In this document: positions 10,001-19,171 of the stretch, in pieces | Layout: the number at the start of each line of letters is the position of its first letter | How positions within the stretch are numbered: the stretch's first letter is position 1 | Assembly: GCA_002796345.1 (NCBI GenBank) | Contig: PCXC01000039.1 | Span: 4-64,003, forward strand | Direction: 5' to 3' | DNA from: Deltaproteobacteria bacterium CG11_big_fil_rev_8_21_14_0_20_42_23 | Lineage (GTDB): Bacteria; UBA10199; 2-02-FULL-44-16 | DNA: 64,000 nucleotides | Made by a program: the position numbers and the translations under genes | Notes under the pieces: model-generated | Told to the model about the DNA's origin: nothing | Databases searched by the model: none | The model's input: only the letters and a program-made list of their open reading frames with translations

Positions 10001-10389
10001 TTAGCCTGAAGTGACGGACATTTTTTTGTGGTGAATACTCCAACAGAAACGAGGTACGAAAACACGGGAGCATCTGGACACTGCCAACCCGTGAAGGCCA
10101 TGGCTTCCTCGTAGCGTCCACTTACGCGAACGTACATATCGATGAGCTGTTCCGTAAGAATGAGCGCATCTGGATTGACCATCGTTTGGCCTTCTGCAAG
10201 AGGCATCATACCATTATCAATCAGAGCTCGTAACTCTGCTTCGAAAGGATGCCCTGAAATGTCGGTGATGTTATCACTGAGCGCCGCTTGCAGGTTTGGT
10301 GCGGCCAAAAGAAAGAGGCCAAGAAGAAAAAAAACTAATGTAATCTTTCTTGGCCACTTTTTACTTCTCCACCATCTTATTTTCTCCAT
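7084..10389 (-). CDS. Large secreted multidomain protein. It has a DUF4091-like putative glycoside-hydrolase core, three Pro-Glu-Pro low-complexity linkers, and two tandem C-terminal copies of a roughly 105-aa domain.
   Basis: Signal peptide FFLLGLFLLAAPNLQAAL. The central domain ends with IRFKLIREGLEDYEYL, which I recall as characteristic of DUF4091. The linkers are PEPEPAPVPDPEPVP. The C-terminal copies are GKKVFMLGSSTNPSINAGDIVHFRFDDDGF... and GEKVLMLGAATNPSINAGDIVHFRFDGDGF... Confidence 0.6.
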   Translation of the reverse strand: MEKIRWWRSKKWPRKITLVFFLLGLFLLAAPNLQAALSDNITDISGHPFEAELRALIDNGMMPLAEGQTMVNPDALILTEQLIDMYVRVSGRYEEAMAFTGWQCPDAPVFSYLVSVGVFTTKKCPSLQAKRPLSNVIVTQNRLYRRFPGGNADFLQLVKDYSGPDLGTNKNPFGVNSAHFKFVYEKLLFESTDGFNLDLNGSLSDSSFGKQLATVGQTAAMLMHTFNIEEAVVEPEPAPAPEPEPAPVPDPEPVPVPEPTPEPEPLPDPEPAPVPDPEPVPEPSNVPDWIGVGNATQKFRPGATLPTGKEVAIEAARNEFEPFQVVIAGGSQGRRINAIRVSSLTGPNQESIASSAFTIYREGLYFVSSASNLEGAAGNWPDPLIPDVDPYFQEKRNALPHNINAADSSNFWVEVLVPKGIAAGIFKGTVSVETDTETIDVPLQLRVFDFDLPSTASLKTAFALGWDAPCVAHGGSYSGCGGDAGIEHYNLLYARVALDHRVSLESSIYYWPKESLGWSHFDELYGPLLDGTADTMLEGAKLTALSMYTLNQSDPESEVRRWKDHMALKGWNDTTYFNYTCDEPPAGCSWSAIPTRAAPVQSAGIPTLVTTGYPEALSRGIEDSIDIFVPVINWVGAGLPYGTREMYDTHLAKGSEKEMWWYQSCMSHGCGNGCDTSTSSYYNGWPSYVIDASAMQARAMEWFSFQKNVTGELYFNVGYNLKTAWNAGGQCAFSGSGDGTLFYPGKPSIIGGQNDIPVASIRFKLIREGLEDYEYLHLLKELGDEEFARDMTYSLFPNVDNVTATSPEAVYNMRRVLAERIEAHMHNAPLPEPVPEPTPEPTPDPDPEPAPAPTPEPVPEPEPTPEPTPEPTPAPAPGKKVFMLGSSTNPSINAGDIVHFRFDDDGFVAFEAAVGTSLAYADLGWCPLTTQAKCISREEIPTGVSSIFVRVFYYSDVNASSGNFVQIKDVEVSIGSQTEVPAPTPEPEPEPLPEPEPIPTPEPESGEKVLMLGAATNPSINAGDIVHFRFDGDGFAKFEVAVGTSAAYSDIKWCPFTTNPECRVTIPTGISEVHVRAFSYSDPNAASGDNFIKQDYVFPVH
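7385..7450. repeat. Low-complexity GGTTCTGG-type repeat encoding a Pro-Glu-Pro linker (1 of 3)
   Basis: Imperfect repeats of ggttctgg / aggctcagg are visible in the DNA; the translation is PEPEPLPEPEPIP. Confidence 0.6.
7775..7905. repeat. Low-complexity repeat encoding a Pro-Glu-Pro/Thr linker (2 of 3)
   Basis: The DNA shows ggctccggcgtaggttctggtgttggttctgg...; the translation is PEPVPEPTPEPTPDPDPEPAPAPTPEP. Confidence 0.6.
9541..9700. repeat. Low-complexity repeat encoding a Pro-Glu-Pro linker (3 of 3)
   Basis: The DNA shows ggttctggaactggttcaggatctggaacagg...; the translation is EPEPAPAPEPEPAPVPDPEPVPVPEPTPEPEP. Confidence 0.6.
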
Positions 10390-10683
10390 ATATCCCCCTT
10401 ATTGTAACCGTCGACTATGCTGCTCTTTCTGTAAGTATGCTGTCGATGCTATCAAAGAGGATGGGTGCCCTAGAAGGCCTTAGAATTCTGATTGTGCGGG
10501 GAGTGTTGATAGAAATCCGGCGCAAAGTGATTTATGATTCATTTTGCGGACTTAGTGTATGTAGGGACTACCAAATTTTCGGCAGATGGCCAAAAAGTGG
10601 GAAAGAAGAAAGTTGGGGAACAGGTGAAAAGGCTAGTCTAAAGAGAGTGTTTTTTGTTCATTTCCTTTGAAGAGAAAAATAAT

Positions 10684-11154
10684 CTACGGCAAAGGGGTGA
10701 TTTTAAAGTGCCCAAAGGCAAAGCCAAGATCCCAACCTTTGCCTTTTCCCGAAAGGGTGAGGCCAACGTTTCCATTCCACAAGGCAGCTGCCGAGGCAGA
10801 TGAACTTGCTCCAGCGTGTGCTTCTGATTGGGCATAGCCCCCAAAGAGTTTTTCGATGTCATGCACCTTCGAAAAAGTGCCTTTCCCATTTACAATTTCG
10901 TTTTTTCCAAAGCTAATGCCGCCGCCTTTTGTCCTGATTTTTACGGAAGCAGTTTGGCCATTGTCGCAGGAAATCGTTCCCGTTCCCTTTCCAGATTTAT
11001 AGAAAACGGACCAGCTTTTTAAATTGAAGCTAAGCTGGCAGGAAACCGTGCCAAGTTCCTTTTCTTCACTTGCGGCGTGAAGTGTTTGCGCGCTGGCAAA
11101 AGAAAAAAGAACAAGAAGGAAAAAGAAAGATGCAATAAGCTTAAGTGGTTTCAT
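10684..11154 (-). CDS. Small secreted Gly/Lys-rich hypothetical protein
   Basis: Start is MKPLKLIASFFFLLVLFSFASA, preceded by an AGGAGG RBS (caaaggaggttttcacATG). The longer ORF upstream of this Met has no RBS. Confidence 0.5.
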   Translation of the reverse strand: MKPLKLIASFFFLLVLFSFASAQTLHAASEEKELGTVSCQLSFNLKSWSVFYKSGKGTGTISCDNGQTASVKIRTKGGGISFGKNEIVNGKGTFSKVHDIEKLFGGYAQSEAHAGASSSASAAALWNGNVGLTLSGKGKGWDLGFAFGHFKITPLP

Positions 11155-11238
11155 GTGAAAACCTCCTTTGTTGAACGTCAGGGAAATTAAAACCTCATTT
11201 CTGTTGCGAATGTCAAGTCTGTTCAGTAAAAGGGCGCG

Positions 11239-12510
11239 ATGAAAAATGAACCAAGCCAAGAATTAAAGGATATTTTTAAAACCTTAGAGAAAAAAACGGA
11301 ACATGTTTTTATAACGGGTGGTGCAGGAACGGGCAAATCAACGCTGCTTCAGTATTTTCGGGAAAAGACAAAAAAGAACTGTGCCGCACTGGCGCCAACT
11401 GGTGTTGCAGCGGTGAACATCAAAGGGCAAACTATTCATTCTTTTTTCGGCTTCAAGCCAAATGTGACCTTGGAAAAAGCAAAAAAAGCTGCAAAGACTT
11501 TGCTGAAAAATGAAAAGGGCGAGCTCTACAAAAAGCTAGATTGCCTTATCATTGACGAAATTTCCATGGTGCGGGCCGACCTGATAGACTGCATAGATCA
11601 GTTTTTGCGCCTTGTTCGCGGAGATGGCTACACTCCTTTTGGGGGAGTGCAGCTTTTGTTTTTTGGTGATCTTTACCAACTTCCTCCCATTGTTCCTCCG
11701 CTTGAGGCTGAAAAATTTTATCAGCTTTATTCAAGCCCATATTTTTTTGATTCACACGTTTTTGGCGAGATCCATTTAACGCGCATTGAATTGACACAAG
11801 CTTATCGTCAACATGAACCAGAATTTATTTCCATCCTTCACAAAATTCGTGAAAAAAAAGTAACGCCACAAGATCTTGATTGGCTCAATCAACAGTGCTG
11901 CGGAAAAAAACCAGATCATTTGGCAGTTTACCTTACACCACTCAACCGCAAAGCCTTTGGTATCAACGAACAGAAGCTGACCACACTTTCTGGAAAAGAA
12001 ATGATGTATCAAGCTGAGCTGACGGGAAAGTTCGATCAAAAAGCTCTTCCCACTGAAATTGAATTGAACCTCAAAGTGGATGCGCAAGTAATGTTGCTGA
12101 ACAATGATCCTCATAACAGATGGGTGAATGGCAGCGTTGGCACTCTTTTGCGTTTGGGAAAAGACAGCGTTTCAGTTGAACTTGAAAACGGAAGTGTGCA
12201 CGAAATTGAACCGCATACGTGGGAATTGTTTGAATATGAACTCGAAGGCAAAAAACTGCAGACGAAAAGTGTGGGTTCGTTCACTCAGCTTCCGCTTAAA
12301 TTGGCGTGGGCACTTACCATTCACAAAAGCCAAGGGAAAACGTTTGAGCAGGTGGTGGTAGACTTGAGCACAGGCACCTTTGCTTCGGGCCAAGCCTATG
12401 TGGCGCTTAGCAGATGTAGAACGCTCGCGGGTTTAAGCTTGGTGAAGCCGCTGCGCGTACATCACATTTTAGTGGATGCAAAAGTAGGGCAATTTATGAG
12501 TTTAGAGTAA
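11239..12510 (+). CDS. PIF1-family ATP-dependent DNA helicase (RecD-like, AAA_30)
   Basis: Walker A GGAGTGKST followed by APTGVAAVNIKGQTIHSFFGF, DEISMV, and C-terminal TIHKSQGKTFE match PIF1 helicase motifs. Confidence 0.8.
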   Translation: MKNEPSQELKDIFKTLEKKTEHVFITGGAGTGKSTLLQYFREKTKKNCAALAPTGVAAVNIKGQTIHSFFGFKPNVTLEKAKKAAKTLLKNEKGELYKKLDCLIIDEISMVRADLIDCIDQFLRLVRGDGYTPFGGVQLLFFGDLYQLPPIVPPLEAEKFYQLYSSPYFFDSHVFGEIHLTRIELTQAYRQHEPEFISILHKIREKKVTPQDLDWLNQQCCGKKPDHLAVYLTPLNRKAFGINEQKLTTLSGKEMMYQAELTGKFDQKALPTEIELNLKVDAQVMLLNNDPHNRWVNGSVGTLLRLGKDSVSVELENGSVHEIEPHTWELFEYELEGKKLQTKSVGSFTQLPLKLAWALTIHKSQGKTFEQVVVDLSTGTFASGQAYVALSRCRTLAGLSLVKPLRVHHILVDAKVGQFMSLE

Positions 12511-12513
12511 ACA

Positions 12514-13401
12514 CTACTTTGCAGACTTCACATCCAATTGATGTTGGCGTTCTCTGCATCGTGCTTTTGTTTTTTCGGGAGCAATGTGAAAACACTTTGG
12601 ACAGGTGACACCTTTTTCATAAAGAGGAGATTTAATATCTTCCGGCGCAATAGGATTTCCGCAGCCAAAACACATGTTGTGTTTTCCCACTTTCAAGCCA
12701 TGAGCAACAGCAACCCGTTCATCAAACACGAAACACTCACCTTGCCATTTGCTTTTTTCTTCAGGAATTTCTTCGAGGTATTTTAAAATGCCACCTTTAA
12801 GGTGATAGACATTTTCAAAGCCTAAACCTAAAAGATAGGAAGTGGATTTTTCGCAGCGAATGCCACCAGTACAAAACATAGCGACTTTTTTATGTTTTTG
12901 TGGATCTAGATTTTTCTTCACGTACTCAGGAAAATCTCTAAAATTGCGAGTTTCCGGGTTTCTTGCATTTTCGAAAGTTCCAATCTGATATTCGTAATCG
13001 TTTCTGGTATCAACCAAAATAACTTCAGGATCTTCAAGAAGGGCATTCCAGTTTTTTGGCTCAACATAAGTGCCAACTTTTTTAAGCGGGCTTACACCTT
13101 CTTGGCGAAGCGTTACAATTTCTTTTTTCACCAAGATTTTAAGACGTTTGAAACTGCAAAAATCGGCATAAGATTTTTTCTGTTCAAGTTTGGCAAAGCG
13201 AGCATCAGCTTGAAGATACGCAAGAAATGCATCTATAGATTCTTCAGATCCAGTAATGGTGCCGTTGATGCCTTCGTTGGCAAGAATGATAGAACCCTTG
13301 ATGTCATTGCGTTTGCAGAACAAGAGAAGATCATTTTTTGTTGTATGTGGATCTTCAAGTTCAACAAAAGTGTAAAAGGCTAAAATGCAATACGTCTTCA
13401 T
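12514..13401 (-). CDS. trhO: Rhodanese-domain tRNA U34 hydroxylase (UPF0176/YceA family)
   Basis: The N-terminal YceA-like region and rhodanese active-site loop CTGGIRCEK are followed by a C-terminal Cys cluster. Confidence 0.75.
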   Translation of the reverse strand: MKTYCILAFYTFVELEDPHTTKNDLLLFCKRNDIKGSIILANEGINGTITGSEESIDAFLAYLQADARFAKLEQKKSYADFCSFKRLKILVKKEIVTLRQEGVSPLKKVGTYVEPKNWNALLEDPEVILVDTRNDYEYQIGTFENARNPETRNFRDFPEYVKKNLDPQKHKKVAMFCTGGIRCEKSTSYLLGLGFENVYHLKGGILKYLEEIPEEKSKWQGECFVFDERVAVAHGLKVGKHNMCFGCGNPIAPEDIKSPLYEKGVTCPKCFHIAPEKTKARCRERQHQLDVKSAK

Positions 13402-13410
13402 TTTCTTCTC

Positions 13411-13881
13411 CTACTCACAGCAACCGTCGCCGTGGGCGTGGCCGTGATCCATCTCTTCTTGGGTTGCTGCGCGTGTTTCAATTAATTCCACATCGAAGCA
13501 AAGATCGACGCCAGCTAGTGGATGGTTGGCATCCAACGTAACAAGGTCATCACTCAACTCGGTAACGCGAAAAACTTGACCTTCCAGCTCGCCTTCGGCA
13601 GCTTGAAGCTCGGCTCCAATTTCAATGTCCTCGAGGGGAACATCTTCTCTTGGAATTTTGAAGACGAATTTTTCGTTGTATTCACCGTAAGCTTCCGACG
13701 CTGGGATAAACACTTCTTTTTTATCGCCATTGTTCATAGTTTTCACCGCTTCTTCCAAGCCGGGAATAATTTGTTTTCTGCCTTCAAGGTAAGAAAACGC
13801 ATCACCGTTTCGTGAAGAGTCTATTACTTCACCTTCTTGATTGGTGAGTTGGTAGTGAATGGTCACAATGCGTTTCGACAT
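13411..13881 (-). CDS. slyD: FKBP-type peptidyl-prolyl cis-trans isomerase SlyD with a His/Cys-rich metal-binding tail
   Basis: FKBP fold with an IF insertion; the C-terminus is HGHAHGDGCCE. Confidence 0.85.
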   Translation of the reverse strand: MSKRIVTIHYQLTNQEGEVIDSSRNGDAFSYLEGRKQIIPGLEEAVKTMNNGDKKEVFIPASEAYGEYNEKFVFKIPREDVPLEDIEIGAELQAAEGELEGQVFRVTELSDDLVTLDANHPLAGVDLCFDVELIETRAATQEEMDHGHAHGDGCCE

Positions 13882-13968
13882 AAAAAACTCCTTTTTGGGG
13901 AAAATAGTGCCGCAGCCATAGCGACTTCATGCTTTTTTGGCAATAGCTTTTTGGCTAAAATCTCGAGT

Positions 13969-14973
13969 TTAAGGCTTAAAATGGTCAAAGCCAGAGCTTT
14001 TGAGGGTGAAGGGCTTTCCCTTTTGTGAGTATTCGAGCTTTTTTCCTTTTTGGCACATTCCAATGCAGAAAGGCTTGTGGCCAAACGCTGATGCATACTT
14101 GGCTTCAAAGGATTTGCTTTTTTTGCCATCCACGCTGAAGAGTAGCGCATAATCCTCTCCGCCGCAAAGAGCCAAAGGATAAGGTGGGAGTTTCTTTCGC
14201 TGAACAAGCGTTTGAAATGCTGCGGAAAGCGGAATATCTTCAAGCTCAACACGCGCTCCCACGGAAGAAGCCGATAGCATTCTTCGGAGGTCCAGATCGA
14301 GCCCATCCGAAATGTCCATCATGGCGTGCACTTCTTTTTGTGTTGCCAGCCATTGTCCTTCGCGCAGAAAAAGGCGCGGTGAAAGATGAGATGAAACAAG
14401 CTTTTTTTCCACGGCTGAAAATGTTTTCTGTTTCAACAGCAGCTGCAATCCAAGTGCTGAATCCCCCAATGTTGAAGTGACATACAGGAAATCATTTGCT
14501 TTTGCGCCATTTCGATATTTTATCTTCGCCGTTTTTATCTTTCCCATAATGGTGATATTGATAAAAACATGCTTGGGAGATGTGCTTGTGTCTCCACCTA
14601 AGACTTTTATTTCAGCTGCATCTGAAATTTTTTTCAGGCCTTTATAAAAATCTTTAATCCACTTTTTTGAAATTGATTTTGGAAGTCCAAGGCTAACGAA
14701 GGCGCAACAAGGGTTTCCGCCCATGGCTGAAATGTCACTGATATTCACCAGCATACTTTTTTTCCCAAGTTCTTGTGCCGAAATGAACTTGAGCTTGAAG
14801 TGAATGTTTTCAATCAGCTGATCGGTGCTAACTAAAAGCGATGAAGTTTTATCAAGAGGCAACACCGCACAGTCATCTCCAATGCCTGCTTCCCGTTGAT
14901 GACGGTGGCTGGAAAAAACTTTTCGAAGGTAAGTGTAAAAACTTTCTTCATGATGAAATGACGACGAAGGCAT
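13969..14973 (-). CDS. thiL: Thiamine-monophosphate kinase
   Basis: AIR-synthase-related fold, with GIGDDCAVL near the N-terminus and ISDISAMGG. Confidence 0.8.
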   Translation of the reverse strand: MPSSSFHHEESFYTYLRKVFSSHRHQREAGIGDDCAVLPLDKTSSLLVSTDQLIENIHFKLKFISAQELGKKSMLVNISDISAMGGNPCCAFVSLGLPKSISKKWIKDFYKGLKKISDAAEIKVLGGDTSTSPKHVFINITIMGKIKTAKIKYRNGAKANDFLYVTSTLGDSALGLQLLLKQKTFSAVEKKLVSSHLSPRLFLREGQWLATQKEVHAMMDISDGLDLDLRRMLSASSVGARVELEDIPLSAAFQTLVQRKKLPPYPLALCGGEDYALLFSVDGKKSKSFEAKYASAFGHKPFCIGMCQKGKKLEYSQKGKPFTLKSSGFDHFKP

Positions 14974-15056
14974 GCCGAGGTCTTATTCCGCAAAAGGAGA
15001 AACCACAAGAACGAAAACGGGGTGGAGTTTCTTCGAGTAGAGATAATCGAAGAAAA

Positions 15057-15905
15057 CTAACGATCAACCCTTGTAATAATGCCGCTAGAGGTACAGTCCC
15101 CATCGGATTGAAGGTTACAAGTAATATCAATGGCAAAACTGCTTGTAAAATCGAGACCTGTTAACGCTGTAATGCCGTAGTTTGTAAAGGTACTAGCTGC
15201 AAAAGGAGAGCTTTCAAGTGCTGATAGTGAGACCTCAGCTGTGCTTGTTCCGGTTCTCACCATATCAAATTCGAAGATCCAAGTTGACGTTGGAGCGCTG
15301 AAGTCTCCATTATAGGAAATAGAGCCAACAGAGGTTGAATCGACTTTTACCGAAAGGATTTGAGAGCTTGTGGCAGAAACAAGCGATGTTCCGTAGGTTT
15401 TCACATGAAGTACCTCGCCCGTGTTATTTAGGGTATTTGCCGGAATGGTAACGGTATTCACAGTCTCTTCAGATCCGGTGATTGTGTTTGAAGCATCGGT
15501 AGTACTGACGGATACAAGACTTGAACAATTTGAACACGTAAGCGCAAAAGGCACAGCTGAAAATTCGTTCCGTGGTAACATTTCGCTATCGGTGCCTACC
15601 GTGATGCCCAGATAGAGAGCGGATTCTAGGCTTGGCAAAGCATTTGAGCTTGTTCCAAGTGTAGTGCTATAAAAGCCATTTGAAACAGCAACTGAAAGCG
15701 TGCCACTCGACCATGCTGCAGTTCCACCTGTTGCAGCTGTGTAAAGTTGGAACACCATGTCTGTTGTGGCATTCACCACATTTCCGCTTGCATCAGTCAG
15801 ATAACCTTGAACCGGAATTTGCGTGTTATCAGCTCTTAGCGAAGAGAGTGGAGCTAGCAGCGCCAGATTGAAAAGGCAGAGGATAATGAAGAATTGTTTA
15901 CGCAT
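15057..15905 (-). CDS. Secreted Ser/Thr-rich hypothetical protein
   Basis: Signal peptide MRKQFFIILCLFNLALLAPLSSLRA. It has beta-rich, low-charge composition. No family assignment is possible from sequence alone. Confidence 0.45.
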   Translation of the reverse strand: MRKQFFIILCLFNLALLAPLSSLRADNTQIPVQGYLTDASGNVVNATTDMVFQLYTAATGGTAAWSSGTLSVAVSNGFYSTTLGTSSNALPSLESALYLGITVGTDSEMLPRNEFSAVPFALTCSNCSSLVSVSTTDASNTITGSEETVNTVTIPANTLNNTGEVLHVKTYGTSLVSATSSQILSVKVDSTSVGSISYNGDFSAPTSTWIFEFDMVRTGTSTAEVSLSALESSPFAASTFTNYGITALTGLDFTSSFAIDITCNLQSDGDCTSSGIITRVDR

Positions 15906-15928
15906 AAAAACCTCGGGGTTTATTTGTG

Positions 15929-16234
15929 TTAGAGACTGTCAAAAAGGGTTTCCCCTATAGCTAAAATGTTATCCGCAGCTTTATTGTTTGTAGATGTGTT
16001 TTGCTGCGTAAAGCCATCCGCAGAAATACACGCTGAATTTGCATAGCTGCTTGATGTAGACTTCACAATTTTACCAATGCAGTTTAACTTTATCCCCGAA
16101 AAATCAGCCGAGCTGCTCGTGGTTGTTGTAGTGGTGGTAGAGCCCACTTCAATGCCTCCGGCTACACAAGCTCCACCTCCAAAAAAGAGGAGGGTGAGAA
16201 GAAGATAGAAAAACTTTTTGCTGCCTTTCAGCAT
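15929..16234 (-). CDS. Small secreted protein, possibly a lipoprotein, with a poly-Thr tract
   Basis: Signal peptide with LFFGGGAC; a T7 run follows. Confidence 0.35.
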   Translation of the reverse strand: MLKGSKKFFYLLLTLLFFGGGACVAGGIEVGSTTTTTTTSSSADFSGIKLNCIGKIVKSTSSSYANSACISADGFTQQNTSTNNKAADNILAIGETLFDSL

Positions 16235-16444
16235 AGGTACAACCTCCGGAAGTCCTTAAAATGACTGCAAAACCTCACACAGCCAGACCGTAAGTTTAAG
16301 CCAAAAAAAGCGTAATTACAAGGAGTTTTGTTTTTTCTGGTCCTTTGAGTCACCACCTTATCTAAGGCTTGTTTTTTTTCGAAAGCTTGCTAGTGGGCAT
16401 GCACGCTTAAAGCCCTAAAAAAGCCCATCCTCTGAGGTATGTGA

Positions 16445-19126
16445 ATGCGACAAAAATTTTTCCATTTTCTTTCGAAGCTCATCGAAAAAAAGTCTCTCTT
16501 TATTATCATCGCCGCCACTTTTTTTTCATGCGCCAGCATTTTTTTTGCTTCCACGCACATCAGAATGAATTCAGATTATGATGATTTGGTTTCAGAAGAT
16601 CTTCCGTATCACAAAAGGTACAAAGATTTTTTGAAGGAGTTTGGCGATCAAGAATATTTGTTTGTCGTCGTGGAAAAGGGTGAAGATTCAAAACGAGCAA
16701 AAGCATTTATCGATGCTTTAGCAAAGCGCTTAAAAAATGAAGCAACTTTAGAAGAAGTGTTATGGAAAATTGATCAGCCAAAATTAAAAACTTCGTTTCC
16801 TCTTTATCTTTCTCCGTCAGCGTTAGATGCAACAAAAGATTTCGTCCAATCGCATCAAGCGTTTACACATTCTCTTCTTTCCATTCATCATTTGGCTTCG
16901 CTTTTTTCTGTCGTGAATCAAAGTTTCAATCAAGTGCAGCCTTCTGCGGAGCACGAGCCTGTTTTTGAAAAAGGTTTTCAGTTTTTAAACGCTTTGCTCA
17001 AAGATCTTTCCAGTGTTTTGCGAGGAGAAGAAAGAAAAGCGATTTCACTTGAAGAAACACTAATGGAACTTGATCCAGAATTTGATTCTGATGCCTATCT
17101 CAGAAGCGGTGAACTCTACTTTCTTTTTCTCATGCCCAAAAAAGATTTTGGCACCATGGAAGTTATTGCCGAACCTCTTCAAAAAATTAGAGAACATTTA
17201 ACAGAAGTAAAAAAAGAATTCCCAGAAGTGAAAGCGGGATTAACCGGAAGACCAGTGCTTGCGGCTGATGAACTTGCAGCAACAAACAAAGACATGACAC
17301 TCGCAACCACCTTAGCTTTGCTGTGTGTTGGGTTTTTATTTGTTTTCTTTTTCCGCTCTGTTTCTCGTCCAGCACTTGCAATGCTTACTTTGGTGATGGG
17401 TATTTCTTGGACGTTTGCTTTTGTGGCTTTGGTATTTGGTGAGCTCACTATTTTGTCTATTGTGTTTGCTCTCATTTTGATTGGAGCTGCAGTTGAATAT
17501 GCCATCCACTTTGTGGCGAGATATCAAGAGGAAATACAAAAGCACAATTCGCTTGCAGATGCAGTTGAGCAAACCTTGCAAACTGCTGGCAGGTCGAACA
17601 TGACCAGCGCGCTTACCACGGCAGCAGCTTTTTTTACATTTACGTGGACAGATTTTACGGGGCTTGCAGAGTTGGGCGTCATTGCAGGAGTGGGAATTGT
17701 CTTGTGTTTGCTGGCGATGACACTTGTTCTTCCTGCGTTGCTTTACACGAAAGATAAAACCCTTTCTCAAGAACAGCGTAGGCACACGTTTCCTTTTCAG
17801 GTCCCAGCTTTGCTAGGTCTCTATCGTTATCCTAACCGTGTTTTGCTTGGCTTTGTTCTTTTTCTTTTTATGTTGAGCCCATTTTTTGCTCGGGTTTCAT
17901 TTGATAACAATTTGCTTCACCTTCAACCTGATGGGCTTGAATCAGTTGAGATGGAGCACCTCATCCAAGAAAAATCGAGCGAGCGCAGTTGGTTTGCAAA
18001 TGTTCGTGTTGATACACTTGAAGAGATGCAATCTCAAATTGCTCAATTGAAGCAATTGCCTGTTGTTGATCATGTTGAGTCGATCACAAAATTAGTTCCA
18101 GATGAGCAAGAAAAGAAACAGCAAATCATTGCTGATATTCGATCTAAGCTTGGAAACATTTCTTTTCCTCAGCTTTCAAGTTCTGTGCAAAAAAACGAAT
18201 TGCTTCATCAATTAGATTTGTTTCAGAAAAAAATATTAAGCCTTCAAGATGCAGCTTTTAGTTCTGGGAAAATTGAAGAGGTTAATGAGTTGGAACATTT
18301 CAGTTCGAATATAACAGAATTTTCTGCTTTGCTTCAGCAAGCTGACGAAGCAACATTAAAAGCACTGCAAGCATATCAATCGGATTTGCTTGGTCCACTT
18401 CGAACTGCGATGCTTTTAGTTGTGCAAGCGCTTTCTCCGGAAAAGCTTGCTGTGTCTGATTTTCCCGAAGCCATAACTCGCCGTTATATAAGCTCAAAAG
18501 GTGCCTATACTTTCTATATTTATCCCAAAGAAAATATTTGGGATCCAGATGCACTTGATGCATTTGTTACTGCTGTAAGTGCAGTCAACCCAAATGCATT
18601 TGGAACACCGTATGAAGTTCATGAATCAGGAAAGCTCATGAGAACAACTTTTCTCTATTCAGCCATTTTTGCTTTTGCTGTTATTCTGTTTTTAGTGTGG
18701 TTTGATTTTAAGGCCATCATTCCTACATGCCTTGCAATTGTGCCTCTCATGGTAGGCATGTTTTTATTGGTGTGTGTGATGGGGCTTCTTTCTCTTTCGT
18801 TCAACATGGCAAATTTCTTTGCTATTCCCATTTTGATTGGAGTTGGAGTTGATAGTGGTGTTCACTTAGTTCACCGTATACTGCACGAACGAAATCTTTC
18901 AGCGCTTGGCACCGCCACCGCTAAAGGCGTGTTGCTTACGGTGTTTGCCAATGCCATCGGTTTTGGAATGATGATGATTGCAAGTCACAAAGGGCTCGCA
19001 AGCCTTGGAAAAGTTATGGCAATTGGCTCGATTACGTGTTTGCTTTCAGCTGTGGTGTTCATGCCACCGTTAGCGGCTTTGCTCTTAAAGCTTCCTGCGC
19101 TTGACAAGAGTGCAAGAGGCTCTTAG
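16445..19126 (+). CDS. RND-superfamily / MMPL-family exporter with 12 TM segments and two large periplasmic loops
   Basis: It has the duplicated 1 TM + large loop + 5 TM topology, with sterol-sensing-domain-like TM bundles. Confidence 0.75.
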   Translation: MRQKFFHFLSKLIEKKSLFIIIAATFFSCASIFFASTHIRMNSDYDDLVSEDLPYHKRYKDFLKEFGDQEYLFVVVEKGEDSKRAKAFIDALAKRLKNEATLEEVLWKIDQPKLKTSFPLYLSPSALDATKDFVQSHQAFTHSLLSIHHLASLFSVVNQSFNQVQPSAEHEPVFEKGFQFLNALLKDLSSVLRGEERKAISLEETLMELDPEFDSDAYLRSGELYFLFLMPKKDFGTMEVIAEPLQKIREHLTEVKKEFPEVKAGLTGRPVLAADELAATNKDMTLATTLALLCVGFLFVFFFRSVSRPALAMLTLVMGISWTFAFVALVFGELTILSIVFALILIGAAVEYAIHFVARYQEEIQKHNSLADAVEQTLQTAGRSNMTSALTTAAAFFTFTWTDFTGLAELGVIAGVGIVLCLLAMTLVLPALLYTKDKTLSQEQRRHTFPFQVPALLGLYRYPNRVLLGFVLFLFMLSPFFARVSFDNNLLHLQPDGLESVEMEHLIQEKSSERSWFANVRVDTLEEMQSQIAQLKQLPVVDHVESITKLVPDEQEKKQQIIADIRSKLGNISFPQLSSSVQKNELLHQLDLFQKKILSLQDAAFSSGKIEEVNELEHFSSNITEFSALLQQADEATLKALQAYQSDLLGPLRTAMLLVVQALSPEKLAVSDFPEAITRRYISSKGAYTFYIYPKENIWDPDALDAFVTAVSAVNPNAFGTPYEVHESGKLMRTTFLYSAIFAFAVILFLVWFDFKAIIPTCLAIVPLMVGMFLLVCVMGLLSLSFNMANFFAIPILIGVGVDSGVHLVHRILHERNLSALGTATAKGVLLTVFANAIGFGMMMIASHKGLASLGKVMAIGSITCLLSAVVFMPPLAALLLKLPALDKSARGS

Positions 19127-19171
19127 AGCAGAGGCCCTTCAAAGAAACTTGCTTGAGAAGATGAGAAAAAA

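Noticed and set aside
12128-12393. Overlapping ORFs on both strands inside the PIF1 helicase gene, including a TGGCAC-containing sigma-54-like motif at 12150
   Set aside because: The region is intragenic, the motif spacing is off by one (GG-N9-GC), and the ORFs lack an RBS.
17179-17785. Three minus-strand ORFs inside the RND transporter gene
   Set aside because: They are nested opposite a gene with a clear 12-TM RND architecture. Their basic or Cys-rich composition is typical of antisense reading of membrane-protein DNA.
16445-19126. Possible hopanoid-associated HpnN identity for the RND transporter, and HpnA for the epimerase at 53316
   Set aside because: No squalene-hopene cyclase or other hpn genes lie in the window. 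The two genes are 35 kb apart, so the generic RND/MMPL and SDR calls are safer.
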